NCBI GenBank assembly: GCA_020137815.1
Contig: CM035361.1
Span: 2,294,001-2,358,000 of the forward strand
Source of the DNA: Hormiphora californensis
Taxonomy: Eukaryota; Animalia; Ctenophora
Reading direction: 5' to 3'
DNA length: 64,000 bases
The notes under the pieces were generated by a model. That model worked only from the letters and a program-made list of their open reading frames with translations, ran no database searches and was not told the DNA's origin. The first letter of the stretch is position 1. Each line of letters starts with the position of its first letter. A program made the position numbers and the translations under genes. Shown here piece by piece: positions 17,666 through 36,500 of the stretch.

Positions 17666-18639
17666 TATCTATGAAAGTGTAGCTTTAAGATTACCTGCTC
17701 TCTGCTTGTACAGCCACAATCAAGAACCAGTATGATCTAAAGATATGGTACTCTTCTTGTGTCAAACTGTGGCGTGGCATAATTCCTAAAATCATTATTT
17801 CATTGAAAGATTATTATCGGACATCCAAAACGTTGAAGCGACCAAGCCGATCAAAGGAATGCCTAAATTAAACTATGAAAATTAAATTGAACTTTTATTA
17901 TTATATTTATATTTGAATCATATGAGTGACTCGTCCCGCTCTCGCAGTGCTTGCAAAGAGATGATACACTTGGTTAACGCTGAATCGGGTGCAGCTTGGA
18001 TCGATTTATAACATTGAATAAACTGGTCTGGAGTAATACTCATAGTGTTCATGGAGTTCAATCGGTAAACTTCAGAAATACGCATAGTTTCCAGCGAGGG
18101 GGGGGGAGACAGTTGTTGGGTTTGGTTGGTGTTGCATGGTTTTGCTCGGTTCTTTGGGTTTTGTCTGACAGGATGTTTCATGTTCTCAACTTAGAAGGTT
18201 AGAAACGCACCCAGATCGTTGCCTGACAGCTCACAGCAGCGCAGTATACGACAACACTTTTCAACCTAGATCGCGACTATTGAAAAATCTTTTGGGGGCT
18301 CGCTTTTATTTATTTAGAAATAAAAATTTCAGGATTTGCAGTGCGCTGCGTAAAAAGAAAGGCGCGAAAAATGGTAAAGTCAGTTGCGTCTCACTTCGTT
18401 AAGGTAACAAACTCACCACGCGCGTATGAGCCGCGCACTAATAATCTGATAAGTTTACAGGAATATCGAAATTTCATCAATATTTCGGCGTGAATTTAAC
18501 AAATTTTCACCAAATTCTCCTGAAAGTGCTAATTCATGTCATGATGACTTGATTCACCGTCCATGTTATTTTGGTACCTCGTGATATCATTGGTAACGTC
18601 TTTTTTTAATTGTTTATCTCGCTGTTTCCTAGTTTGAAG

Positions 18640-18885
18640 GAAGCAGATACCCAAAACAAAACAACAATTCAATCTTGGACTGGATACGGATAGTTTCCAG
18701 GGAGGGGGAGGCTCTGTGAGGAACTGACACCTGTGTAGTTTGTATACGAAGACGATAACAAGATAACCTGGATCAGTTCAAAATTCTGCTGGGACAATGG
18801 CTCCACCGGTTCCCGAAATTTCCTACTGAGAACACTAATTCAATCCTGGATTGGGTGCTGGAAGTGACAGCCGAGTGGGGACACT
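18640..18885 (+). mobile_element. Two tandem 3'-end fragments of a CR1/L2-like LINE
   Basis: Translates to ...NNSILDW and LDQFKILLGQWLHRFPKFPTENTNSILDW, like the C-terminus of CR1/L2 ORF2. Both are followed by a ...ctgacacct tail. Confidence 0.5.
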
Positions 18886-19619
18886 GACACCTTCTGTTTT
18901 TCATTTAAATTATTTATGAAGTTTGCAAGGTTTTTTATATTGAGGTTGCATTGAAAAGGTGGGTGATTGTTCCATGTCTTGTGTCCTACACCGATAGAAA
19001 ACTGTAAGGGCCCATGTGAAGGCTACTGCGAGTTTGAGAAAAGGTATACATCAACTCACAGCAAGTACGTTTGTATTGGTTATGACTATCCAGTTACAGA
19101 ATTGGAACCCGACGTCGGTTTCCACTGGAGTGGACAGCTGTGACACTCCATGCTGTGACATTTTCGATCACGTGATCGATATGAATTACATTGAAAGTAG
19201 CGTGTTAGCACTCCAAAAAGAATCTGAAATCGGTTTACACTGGAAACTGATGTCGGGTTCCAATTTTGTAACTGGTCCCTGAGTTTCTTGAGTTATTAAT
19301 TGATATTGTAAGTCGTCAGGGACTTGGGGGGTGTACCAATAGTGGTGAATTATGCAGCCACTTTCATTGTGTCCCTCTTTTCCCACCTCCGTGTCACAAC
19401 ACAGTGTCCATGGTACACCACCCAAAATCGGGTTCCTTCTTACCTTAAGAAACAAATACTTGTTTAATACATTCTTGGTTTGGTAAAATGTCAACTGTGT
19501 CGGTGGCCATGGGCGCAAGAGAACGGAGAATCTTTCGCTCAATCTCTCCTTCCTCGGTAAGACATACAGAAGTACATACACTAACAATTCCACAAGTCGA
19601 TTTGAAGCTTACTGTTAGA

Positions 19620-26926
<7,307 letters not shown>

Positions 26927-27411
26927 GTTGGCATGGTTGCTGTTGTAGTGTTTTTTTTGGCTTTGCTATAGAGACTAGAGTGTCCCAGGCCCGAGTAGCG
27001 GCGCCGGGGTTGTACAAGAAGAGACAAGGTCATGAGAGTAGCTAGGTAACCATTGCTTGTAAGACAGCCGTCATGCGGCAATAGACTGGACATGAGAGTC
27101 AGTGCGTTCTCTCCTATCCCGTGAAGTGGCGGTTTACTAGAGTCAGTGTTTACATATTATACATATATTTGATTTGTTTTCTATGAATTCAGAATTGACA
27201 TACTCCTTCTGGAGAATGGCTATAAGGAGGTGGTTGCAGGCAGGAGCTTGGAACGTGAGCACGTTGCGAGCCCTTATCGGCACTCGGCCGGGTTCGGGGC
27301 TGGCGTACCCTTGATTGCCTGCCTCAATTACCAATCTATAGTCTAACATATATGGTTGTTATCCAGGATGCGTCTCTAAATTGGTATTCACTCGCTGTAG
27401 TCACACGCTCA

Positions 27412-28345
27412 TGTATCGTGTATTGTATCGTGTATTGTACACTGTCTTGTATCGTGTATTGTACACTGTCTTGTATCGTGTATTGTACACTGTCTTGTAT
27501 CGTGTATTGTACACTGTCTTGTATCGTGTATTGTACACTGTATTGTATCGTGTATTGTACACTGTCTTGTATCGTGTATTGTACACTGTATTGTATCGTG
27601 TATTGTATCGTGTATATTGTATCGTGTATTGTACACTGTATTGTATCGTGTATTGTATCGTGTATATTGTATCGTGTATTGTACACTGTATTGTATTGTG
27701 TATTATATCGTGTATTGTATCGTGTATTGTACACTGTCTTGTATCGTGTATTGTACACTGTCTTGTATCGTGTATTGTACACTGTCTTGTATCGTGTATT
27801 GTATCGTGTATATTGTATCGTGTATTGTACTCTGTATTGTATCGTGTATTGTATCGTGTATATTGTATCGTGTATTGTACACTGTCTTGTATCGTGTATT
27901 GTATCGTGTATTGTACACTGTCTTGTATCGTGTATTGTACACTGTCTTGTATCGTGTATTGTACACTGTCTTGTATCGTGTATTGTATCGTGTATATTGT
28001 ATCGTGTATTGTACTCTGTATTGTATCGTGTATTGTATCGTGTATATTGTATCGTGTATTGTACACTGTATTGTATTGTGTATTATATCGTGTATATTGT
28101 ATCGTGTGTTGTACACTGTCTTGTATTGTGTATTATATCGTGTATATTGTATCGTGTGTTGTACACTGTATTGTATCGTGTATTGTATCGTGTATATTGT
28201 ATCGTGTATTGTATCGTGTATTGTATCGTGTATTGTATCGTGTATTGTACACTGTCTTGTATCGTGTATTGTACACTGTATTGTATCGTGTATTGTGTAT
28301 CGTGTATTGTACACTGTATGGTGTATTGTACACCGCCTTGTATGG
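27412..28345. repeat. Minisatellite built from gtatcgtgtatt / gtacactgtctt modules
   Basis: Direct reading; explains all overlapping ORFs at 27.3-28.5 kb. Confidence 0.95.
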
Positions 28346-28743
28346 TGTATTTGTACAAAGTGTATACACTTAAAAGGCACACTTTGATGGTTTGGAAAAC
28401 AATAATAAATATCTCACAACTCTTTCAGCAATCAAAACACTCACATTCCACAGATCTAGACATATAACACGGTAGAACACATTCGTTTTCGATTGTTTGT
28501 TAATGAATGGTATTGGATGTTTGACCTCAAATCACCGAACAGGTCTCGCATGTATCGTGTACACAATCCAATAGTCTGGTTCACCCCACAGATTCTTGCT
28601 TCAGGTGGCTATACGGAGTATATGACGAAAACGGTATATTGTTCCAGCCTCCTGAAACAGATACATGGATATGAAACAGGTATTTTTTGTCGGGGGTGTT
28701 AAAGCTTATAAATACAACTTGCAGATTGTGTAGTGTACAGTGT

Positions 28744-29154
28744 ACGTAAAACATAACCAGGCGCCAAACGTGTGACCAAAATCAATATACAGTGTACAGT
28801 GTTGCTAAGTTTAAATTTTTGAATACTCAGTTTTAAAGTCTTGCTAAGTCGGAATGAATCGCTATGCATATTTCCTGTTATCCATTGGGTAATTATCTAC
28901 AGATATCCTGAGTTTCAGCCCAAACGGTTGAGCCACTAAGAATCGCAAGCCACTTTTGTGACCCTTGATTTTAGTGAAACATCGGGAAAAATTTCAAATT
29001 TTAAAATTTCAAAACACGGAAATTAGTTCATAGAACATCCCAATACATGTGCAAGACTTTCAAATTGAGTATTCAAAAATTTCAACTTGTACACTGTATA
29101 TTGTACACTATATTGATTTTGGTCACACGTTTGGCGCCTGGTTATGTTTTACGT
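28744..29154. mobile_element. MITE with ~46-bp terminal inverted repeats
   Basis: acgtaaaacataaccaggcgccaaacgtgtgaccaaaatcaatata is the reverse complement of 29109-29154. Confidence 0.7.
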
Positions 29155-29547
29155 TGCGCGCGAGTGCGTTTTTCCTAAGGGAGTGCGCCGTGTCAGCAGC
29201 AGAATATGAAACTGGCTTTTACGAGACTGATTTCAGTCGCAAATCTCTAACTGGAGCCTTATCGAAATTTCTATAATTAATTTGTTCATTATAGCCAAGA
29301 TGATCCTGTAGTGGATCGAAATCTTCACTTGTGGTAAACGGAGCCCTGAAAATAGTATCTGTGAAGATGATATCTTAAAATTATAGTATGAAATGCAATA
29401 TTGCTCAACTACTATTTAATGAGCAATGTTCACATCTACCATGTAAACTAAAACTGTAAAATAATTTGTTATGTTCTAACCCTCCCTTTACATTTGTAAA
29501 GGTGCGGGGCGGCTGAAACACAGTCTAGCCAGGCAAAAAATACTCAC

Positions 29548-31677
29548 GTCACCGTTTGAAAGAGGTCAGGGTAACTAGTTGAATAATATTGCGGTTGTGG
29601 CACATAGTACGCCTCTATATCACTCCACGCGTCCTGCAACAAGGAAAAAATAATGCCGTAAATAAAAGTGATTTTAGCGACTAAATGGGGAAAGAGATTA
29701 ACCCGACGACGACCCTACACTGTAGGGTCGTCGTAGGGTTAATCTCTTTCCCCATTTAATCCCTACAGGTTTGATTAACACTCGTTTTCTTCAAACGAAT
29801 AAGAAAGAAAGCACTTTGTGGGCTTGTACTCTGTGACTAATACTCGTGTGCCGTTTAGTAAACGCCGCTTAATATCGAAGACCGGTTTGTTGTGTTTACT
29901 TTTTTTACTCATTATATTTTAATAGGGTGGAGCAAGCTGCATGAAATCGATGACTAACCTCTAGAGTAACTGTATCGTACACACTTTCTCCAAGCATGTT
30001 CATCTCAAGATGACGTCCAATCTTTAACTGCAGGAAGGCCAATGTATCATTATATGTATCATTCAGCAGCTTCATCTCCAGGTAGTGGTTCTCCTCCAAT
30101 TCTTCCTGAGAATAATTTAAATGAAAGCCCTATCCCTGATCGTTATTGTTCAACTAGTTACTAATTACAAGTAGTTACTTATTATAAGTAGTTACTAATT
30201 ACAACTATAGTTACTAATTACAACTAGTTTCTAGATACAACTAGTCACATAATTACAAGTAGTTACTTATTACAACTAGTTACTATTTACAAGTTTTTAC
30301 TAATTAAAAGTAATTAATAATTACAAGTAGTTGCCGTGTTTTCGTGGCCACTGCCTCCTCAATCATGTCTTGTGCCTCTTTACTTTTAAGGTACTCTGCC
30401 GCAGCTATCTGCACGTCCACTATATTGAAATGATATTATATTATATTATATTATTAATATCACGATGAGCAATTAATGAACTAATCACTCTCTCCTATAA
30501 ATTAGTTTAAGTATAACTAATCCTTAATTACAAAGTAGAAATGAGTGGCATCGATGAGTGCGATGTCCTATCCACACGTGCAAATAGAGGGGGTTGTCAA
30601 GGAGGTGCAATAGCCCCTACGCAGCGGATGATTGAAAGCTGCACGTGCGGGTTGGTGCAGCGGGTGAGGACTGAGGGGGTGCTCCTGGGTGAGGGAGAGT
30701 GTGGGGATTCGCTGGTCAATGGGTGCTCTACTTCAACGGGCTTTCTAATTTCTAGTCTCTAGGAGACAAGGAGGTGCCATAACCCCTACGCAGCGGGTGA
30801 TTGAAAGCTGCACGTGCGGGTTGGTGCAGCGGGTTAAAGGGGTGCTCCTGGGTGAGGGAGAGTGTGGGGATTCGGGTCAACGGGTGCTCTACTTCAACGG
30901 GCTTTCTAGTCTATATTATAAAGTAGAAATTAGTGGCGTGATGAGTGCGATGTCCTATCCACACGTGGGGGGTTGCCAAGGAGGTACAATAGCCCCTACG
31001 CAGCGGATGATTGAAGGTTGCACGTGCGGGGTGGTGCAGCGGGTGAGGAGCACCCCCTCAGTCCTCACTGAGGACTGAGGGGGTGCTCCTGGGTGTGGGA
31101 GAGTGTGGGAATTCGCGGGTCAACGGGTGCTCATGCTCTACTTCAACGGACTTTCTAATTTCTAGTCTCTATATTATAATTTGGAAATGCCGCTATAGCA
31201 ACCGTTTGTGCACGTGCAAATTGAAGATTGTTGTTACGGGCGGGTTGGTTGATACTGCACGTGCTCCTGGACAAGGGGAGTGGGCATTTCTAGTAATAAT
31301 TACATTGGTATTGTTCACTATCCAAGTACTCCTGGATTATTGCATCTTCGTCCAGCTCAGATTGTATCATTTTCTTGTAAGCCTTTGAGTCGTGCAGTTC
31401 CGTGATTATTTCATCCTGTATAGACACAACTCATGATAAATCTGTGCGTAGTACTAGCATATATTACTACTTAACGAAGGTAACATAATTTGTTTGTTAG
31501 TTTGAACTATACTTACCCTGAATCCATACTGCGATTCATCAAGAAGATAAACTTTCTTTTGAACGCACTTCTTTAACTTTTTCTCCTCCTTCTTACACTT
31601 TTTCTCCTCACTTTTAGACAAACCATTCTCATTTTCTTCCTCATTTTCCTCTTTATTTTTTTTCTTTTTTCCTGCCT
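29548..31677 (-). CDS. Spliced gene of unknown function (Lys/Glu-rich N-part); may continue to about 27 kb
   Basis: Phase-consistent exons 31677-31517, 31415-31304, 30419-30325, 30105-29959, 29633-29548 (EAGKKKKNKEE.../DEIITELHDSKAY.../LDVQIAAAEYLK.../EELEENHYLEMK.../DAWSDIEAYYVPQP...). Confidence 0.65.
29682..29758. repeat. Near-perfect 77-bp palindrome in an intron
   Basis: taaatggggaaagagattaacccgacgacgaccctaca-c-tgtagggtcgtcgtagggttaatctctttccccattta, 1 mismatch. Confidence 0.9.
30530..31180. repeat. Three imperfect tandem copies of a ~200-bp G-rich unit
   Basis: ccctacgcagcgg.tgattgaa.g.tgcacgtgcggg...gggtgctctacttcaacgg repeated three times. Confidence 0.8.
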
Positions 31678-31748
31678 CTAAAACGTTTGGGAGTTTTTAG
31701 AAAAATCTTATGTAAAACGATTTTTTTCGAAATTGTATGTACATATTA

Positions 31749-33445
31749 ATTAAGTCCAAAAACCAATTAAATAAATTAGTTTGGATGCCCGGGCCCATGT
31801 GGTGTCACGGGGGTAACACCTTTAGGCTACTGCCGTAATTAACGGCATATCGCATTAATTGTTAATTGTTATCCTTCAATCTGTCTATCTCTATCTATCT
31901 CTCTCAGTCTCTCTCACTCTCTCTCACACACTATTTCTCTCTCTCTCTCTTTCCCTCTCACTGTTTCTTTCACTATATCTCTCTTTTTTTCTCTTTCCTC
32001 TTATTTATCTCTTCGTCTTTCTTGATTATATCGCACTCTTTCTATCCTAATTTCCTTTGCCTTTATCTCTCCCGATATCCATCATTTATGACAGTAGCCT
32101 AAAGGTGTTACCCCCGTGACACCACATGGGCCCGGGCATCCAAACTAATTTATTTAATTGGTTTTTGGACTTAATTTCTGTTCTTTTTGGTGTAAAATAG
32201 AAAAAGCTATTTTTTCTGATTTCTGCATATTTTCGAATTTGAATAATTCATAAATATACGAATAACGACTAAACGGTGAGAGATACGACTTTTTGTCAGG
32301 GGAACGACCCCCCATAAATCGACTATTTTGCGCCGGAATATGTCCATGAAAACGTTCTAGGACCAGCCGAAGTGGAAATATTAAGAAAATGCATTAAATC
32401 ATGAACCGGTGCATAAATATGCAAATAACGGCTTAACGGTGCGAGATAGAGATTTTTGTCCCGAGTAAGACCCCCCATAAATCGACTATTTTGCGTCGAA
32501 ATATGTCTATGAAAACGTTCTAAGACCAGCCGAACTGGAAATATTTAGAATATGCATAAAATCATGAATCGGTGCATAAATATGCAAATAACGGCTAAAC
32601 GGTGCGAGATACGACTTTTTGTCCGGGGGACGACCCCCCATAAATCGACTATTTTACGTCGAAATATGTCCATGAAAACGTTCTAGGACCAGCTGAAGTG
32701 AAAATATTGAAAATATGCATAAAATCGTGAATAGGTGCATAAATATGCAAATAACGGCTTAACGGTGCGAGATAGAGATTTTTGTCCCGAGTAAGACCCC
32801 CCATAAATCGACCATTCCGCGTCGACTAAGACCGGTTTCAAGTCTTTATGACCTTCGAGTCGTGTCATATCGCAACCATGGTTAAAATGAATATTTAATG
32901 AGTAATTCATGAATAATTAATGAACTATGGCGATTTCGAAGTTCTCACAAAGCTATTACCGAGCACAATGATGTAAGGAACCACTGTTCCAAACGGCAAG
33001 TCTCTACTATTTGTGGTTTAGGAGAACACTTAAAGATAAAAAAGCGTCCTCCCCCCCCTCCCCCTCCCCCTCCCCCTCCCCTCCTTTACATTTTTGCATT
33101 TTGGGACCCCTCTGGCAAATTTTCACCTTACATCCGATCGTTCTGAAAATTTGCATGCCTCTTCTCCTATATGAGGGCACTCAGAGTACAAAATTTCAGC
33201 TCTCTACTTCATCTGAAACATGCTTTTTTAAAGCATCAAAAACCTCGAAATCTGCAATGGCATATAGTAGCACTGGCAGTTTCACGCGCTTGTGTGTAGA
33301 AGTGTTGCTTGTGCTCTCTCTTTTGTTTTTTGAGTTAGAGGGTATTTCTAAGGTGGGGGCTCTGCCCCCACACCCCCGTTTGTGGTGGGGGCTGTGCCCC
33401 CACACCCCCCTTTTGGGCCCGGGGCACTTGCCAGTGCTATGATAT
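31749..33445 (+). mobile_element. Helentron/DINE-like element with ~84-bp 5' inverted repeat and internal tandem repeats
   Basis: 31749-31832 is the reverse complement of 32092-32175. About 165-bp tandem units at 32260-32820. Sub-TIR tgggcccggg near both ends. 3' stem-loop gcact-tgcc-agtgc then tatgat. Confidence 0.6.
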
Positions 33446-33534
33446 GTTGAGCTCGCAAATAAGCAATTCTAATAGAGTACAATTAATTTAAAAAATTAAT
33501 ATTTTAGCTCGAGAAGTTACCTGTTAGCAGAATA

Positions 33535-36500
33535 ATGGAACAGCTTAAAACCATGATTACAAGAAATAGCCGCATGTTTAGCATTGACACTTACTGTCAA
33601 ATCTATATATATAGCTCACAAATGGAATTACAAAGGGATCAAATAGTACGAGATCTGCTGATGAGTAACCCTTACAAAACAGATTTGAGAGCTCTATTAC
33701 CTCAATTTTCTCTTTGAGTGCTTTTAACGTGCAGAACTAGAATTGCTCACCGTGGTTACCATGGTTACCAATCGTTACATGCCTCACAATCACAATAAAC
33801 GAATTGGTAAAGTAACTACTGAAATAATGGATTCATTTTCCAGGAGAGGATGTGTAGGAAAGCACACTATTTGAAGTTCGATGCCAAGCGAATAATTCTG
33901 CGACAGGGTGATCGTGCGGAATGGTTTTACTATGTTCTCTCGGGCACAAGTAACTTATACACACATACAGTAATAATTGTATAGGACGATGATTATATCA
34001 TTTAGGTGCCGACAGGCACCTCCGACCCGAAGAAAACAGAAAAACGAAGAAAAAGATTAAAGAATATCAACACAATTATAGATCAACAAAATAGTGTATG
34101 TACATATACTGGATATTAATAATTGTATTTTCCTCAGCCGCTGTCAGCATATTAGAGGAGAATAAGACAACGGGTCAGGTTCATTTACGGAACGTCGGCT
34201 ACCTGACACGGGGGACAGCTTTTGGGGTAAGAGCTGTAGTCTAACTGTAACATAAAATATTTGTATTAAAATACAGTCGGACCCCGATTTAACGGCCCCC
34301 GATTTAGCGGTACCCCGATTTAACGGTAGCATAATCTTCCCCCGATATAGAAAATTAACAGTATTTGACCCCGATTTAGCGGACACCCCGATTTAACGGA
34401 CAAAACCCTTTCCCCCAAGGGTGCCGTTAAATCGGGGTCCGACTGTATATGTCATATATGCTAAATTATCGAACTATTTGATTTGAGGAAGTTGGGTTTC
34501 TCAATTTTTGGTTTACAATAAATAAACCGTGTAACCCGGGTTTATATTACATAGTACAATTTAGAAAATGCATGTCCACGAGCAAGTTTAACCCTTTGAC
34601 GGCGACAGAGCATATATGCTACACACGGTGCCCCTGAAGGACGTTCCACCTCGACCGAGCCCCCCAAAAAAACGAACGGTTGTGTGACCTAAAGGGGACC
34701 TCTGGGAACTACGCAGGACCGTGGGGGAAAATATATCATAGTAGCCTAAGGAGAAAATCGCATTTTCCCTCACACTGGCCAAATTCTACATTCCACACTT
34801 TCAAATCTTATTTTTTCGGCCAAAATCAAGTCACCCTAGGGTTTTTTGACACGCCGAATCGATTGCCGCTGGAATTGGAACTCTAAATCCACGGCAACAT
34901 TGTTAAAATGGCGTTTTTTGGGGTTTTTTTGCGCTTTTTTGCCCTGAACTGCATTTATATGACGAGTGAGACTTCTGACTATATTTTTAAAGTGTTCCTC
35001 GGTCGATTTTCTTCCCGATTCCAAATTTTTGTGAAAATCGGTTACCAAGTAGATAAACTGTTAAAAATACAGCACTAATGAAAAATGACTGTTTCAGATG
35101 AGAACAATGTGACGCTCATACCTTTCCAAGTAGATCTCTTCCCAGGCAAGAAACAGTGCTACTGGTCGATCAAAACATGACTTCTACATTCCCTAGAGGA
35201 TAGGAGGGAGTGGAACATGGTGAGTACAAAATTAAAATTGATTGCCAAGTTACATTAATTGTTAGACAGGATTAAATGTACGCAACCGGGTATAATATAA
35301 AGAAAATAGTTTTATAAAATAATCATAAATCATCACTGTCCTGTGATCCAGTACTTAAATATACAAATGGGTCCCGCCGAATAGTACTGTCCCGTGGCAC
35401 AAGTGCAGGTTGTATGAAACAGGGACATCGTTGCTGGTGTTCCTGTTTCATGTCCCTAGTTAAAGGTAGTCTCACCAAACCCAGCGTTAAAATTGTCACA
35501 AATAGGCATATTGATCTCCAGACCCACCAAAGCTTCACATTCTGTGGCTCAGCTGGCCAAACAATACATTCACATTGGGGTTCTTTAATTTGTCCAGGTA
35601 CCCATTCGTCATCGGAGTTATATGATGAATCGTTATCCAAGCCAATTACATCATTACTTGCACTATCAACATCATTCATTCTCCTCCAATACTCATCTCG
35701 TCTTGTCTCACATAGGTGATGAACCCGAAATCGACCTATTTCATTTTGCATGGTTTTCTAAACAAGCTAGCTGAATTGGTCAAACGTTAGGTAGGCAACT
35801 AAATACTGATATTGAGAGCAAAATCGGAACAAAATGGAGGGAAAGGGTGTTAAACGAGTTGTACAGGTCAGAAAGATTTCTAGAAGGCAGAAACAACATT
35901 AACCACATGCGATATACACTGTTTTAGTGGCATCCTTGCGGGAAAGGGTTTTGACCACTAAATCGGGATGCCACTAAATTGGGGTGCCACTAAATCATGG
36001 TCCGAATGTAGCATCTACCACCCTCTCTCCAATCAGGATACAGGTCGGCAATACAGGAGTTCAGGGATTGCCTCTCCACACTTAGGGCCTACTATGGAAC
36101 ATCCACCACCACCAAGTTCCACATCATTGAGGAACATTTGGAGGAGTTCATAGATTATAACTTGGGTAGGCCTCTAGGGATGTTCTCCGAGCAGGAGCTG
36201 GAGAACGCACATTCTAGTTGGAATGCACTGTGGTCCAACTACAAAGTGAACAACATGACCTCGCCCCACTACAAACTGCAGCTGGGAAGAGCGGGGCTAG
36301 CTTATAACGCTTCTCATGTATAGACTCACAGCATTACAAACTATTTATGACTATACCATTTACACTTTTAATTTTTTATACCCGGTTGCGTACATTTAAT
36401 CCTGTCTAACAATTAATGTAACTTGGCAATCAATTTTAATTTTGTACTCACCATGTTCCACTCCCTCCTATCCTCTAGGGAATGTAGAAGTCATGTTTTG

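Noticed and set aside
27336-28467. Overlapping ORFs up to 371 aa, and a CRISPR-like appearance
   Set aside because: Minisatellite with no unique spacers, no cas genes, eukaryotic context
30325-30335. GC-AG intron in the 29.5-31.7 kb gene
   Set aside because: A canonical GT donor 10 nt further keeps the frame; the GC site does not
34624-34673. True 12/23 RSS or ProtoRAG
   Set aside because: Spacer to the A-tract is 34 nt and identical at both ends, TSD is 4 bp rather than 5, and no RAG2-like ORF is present
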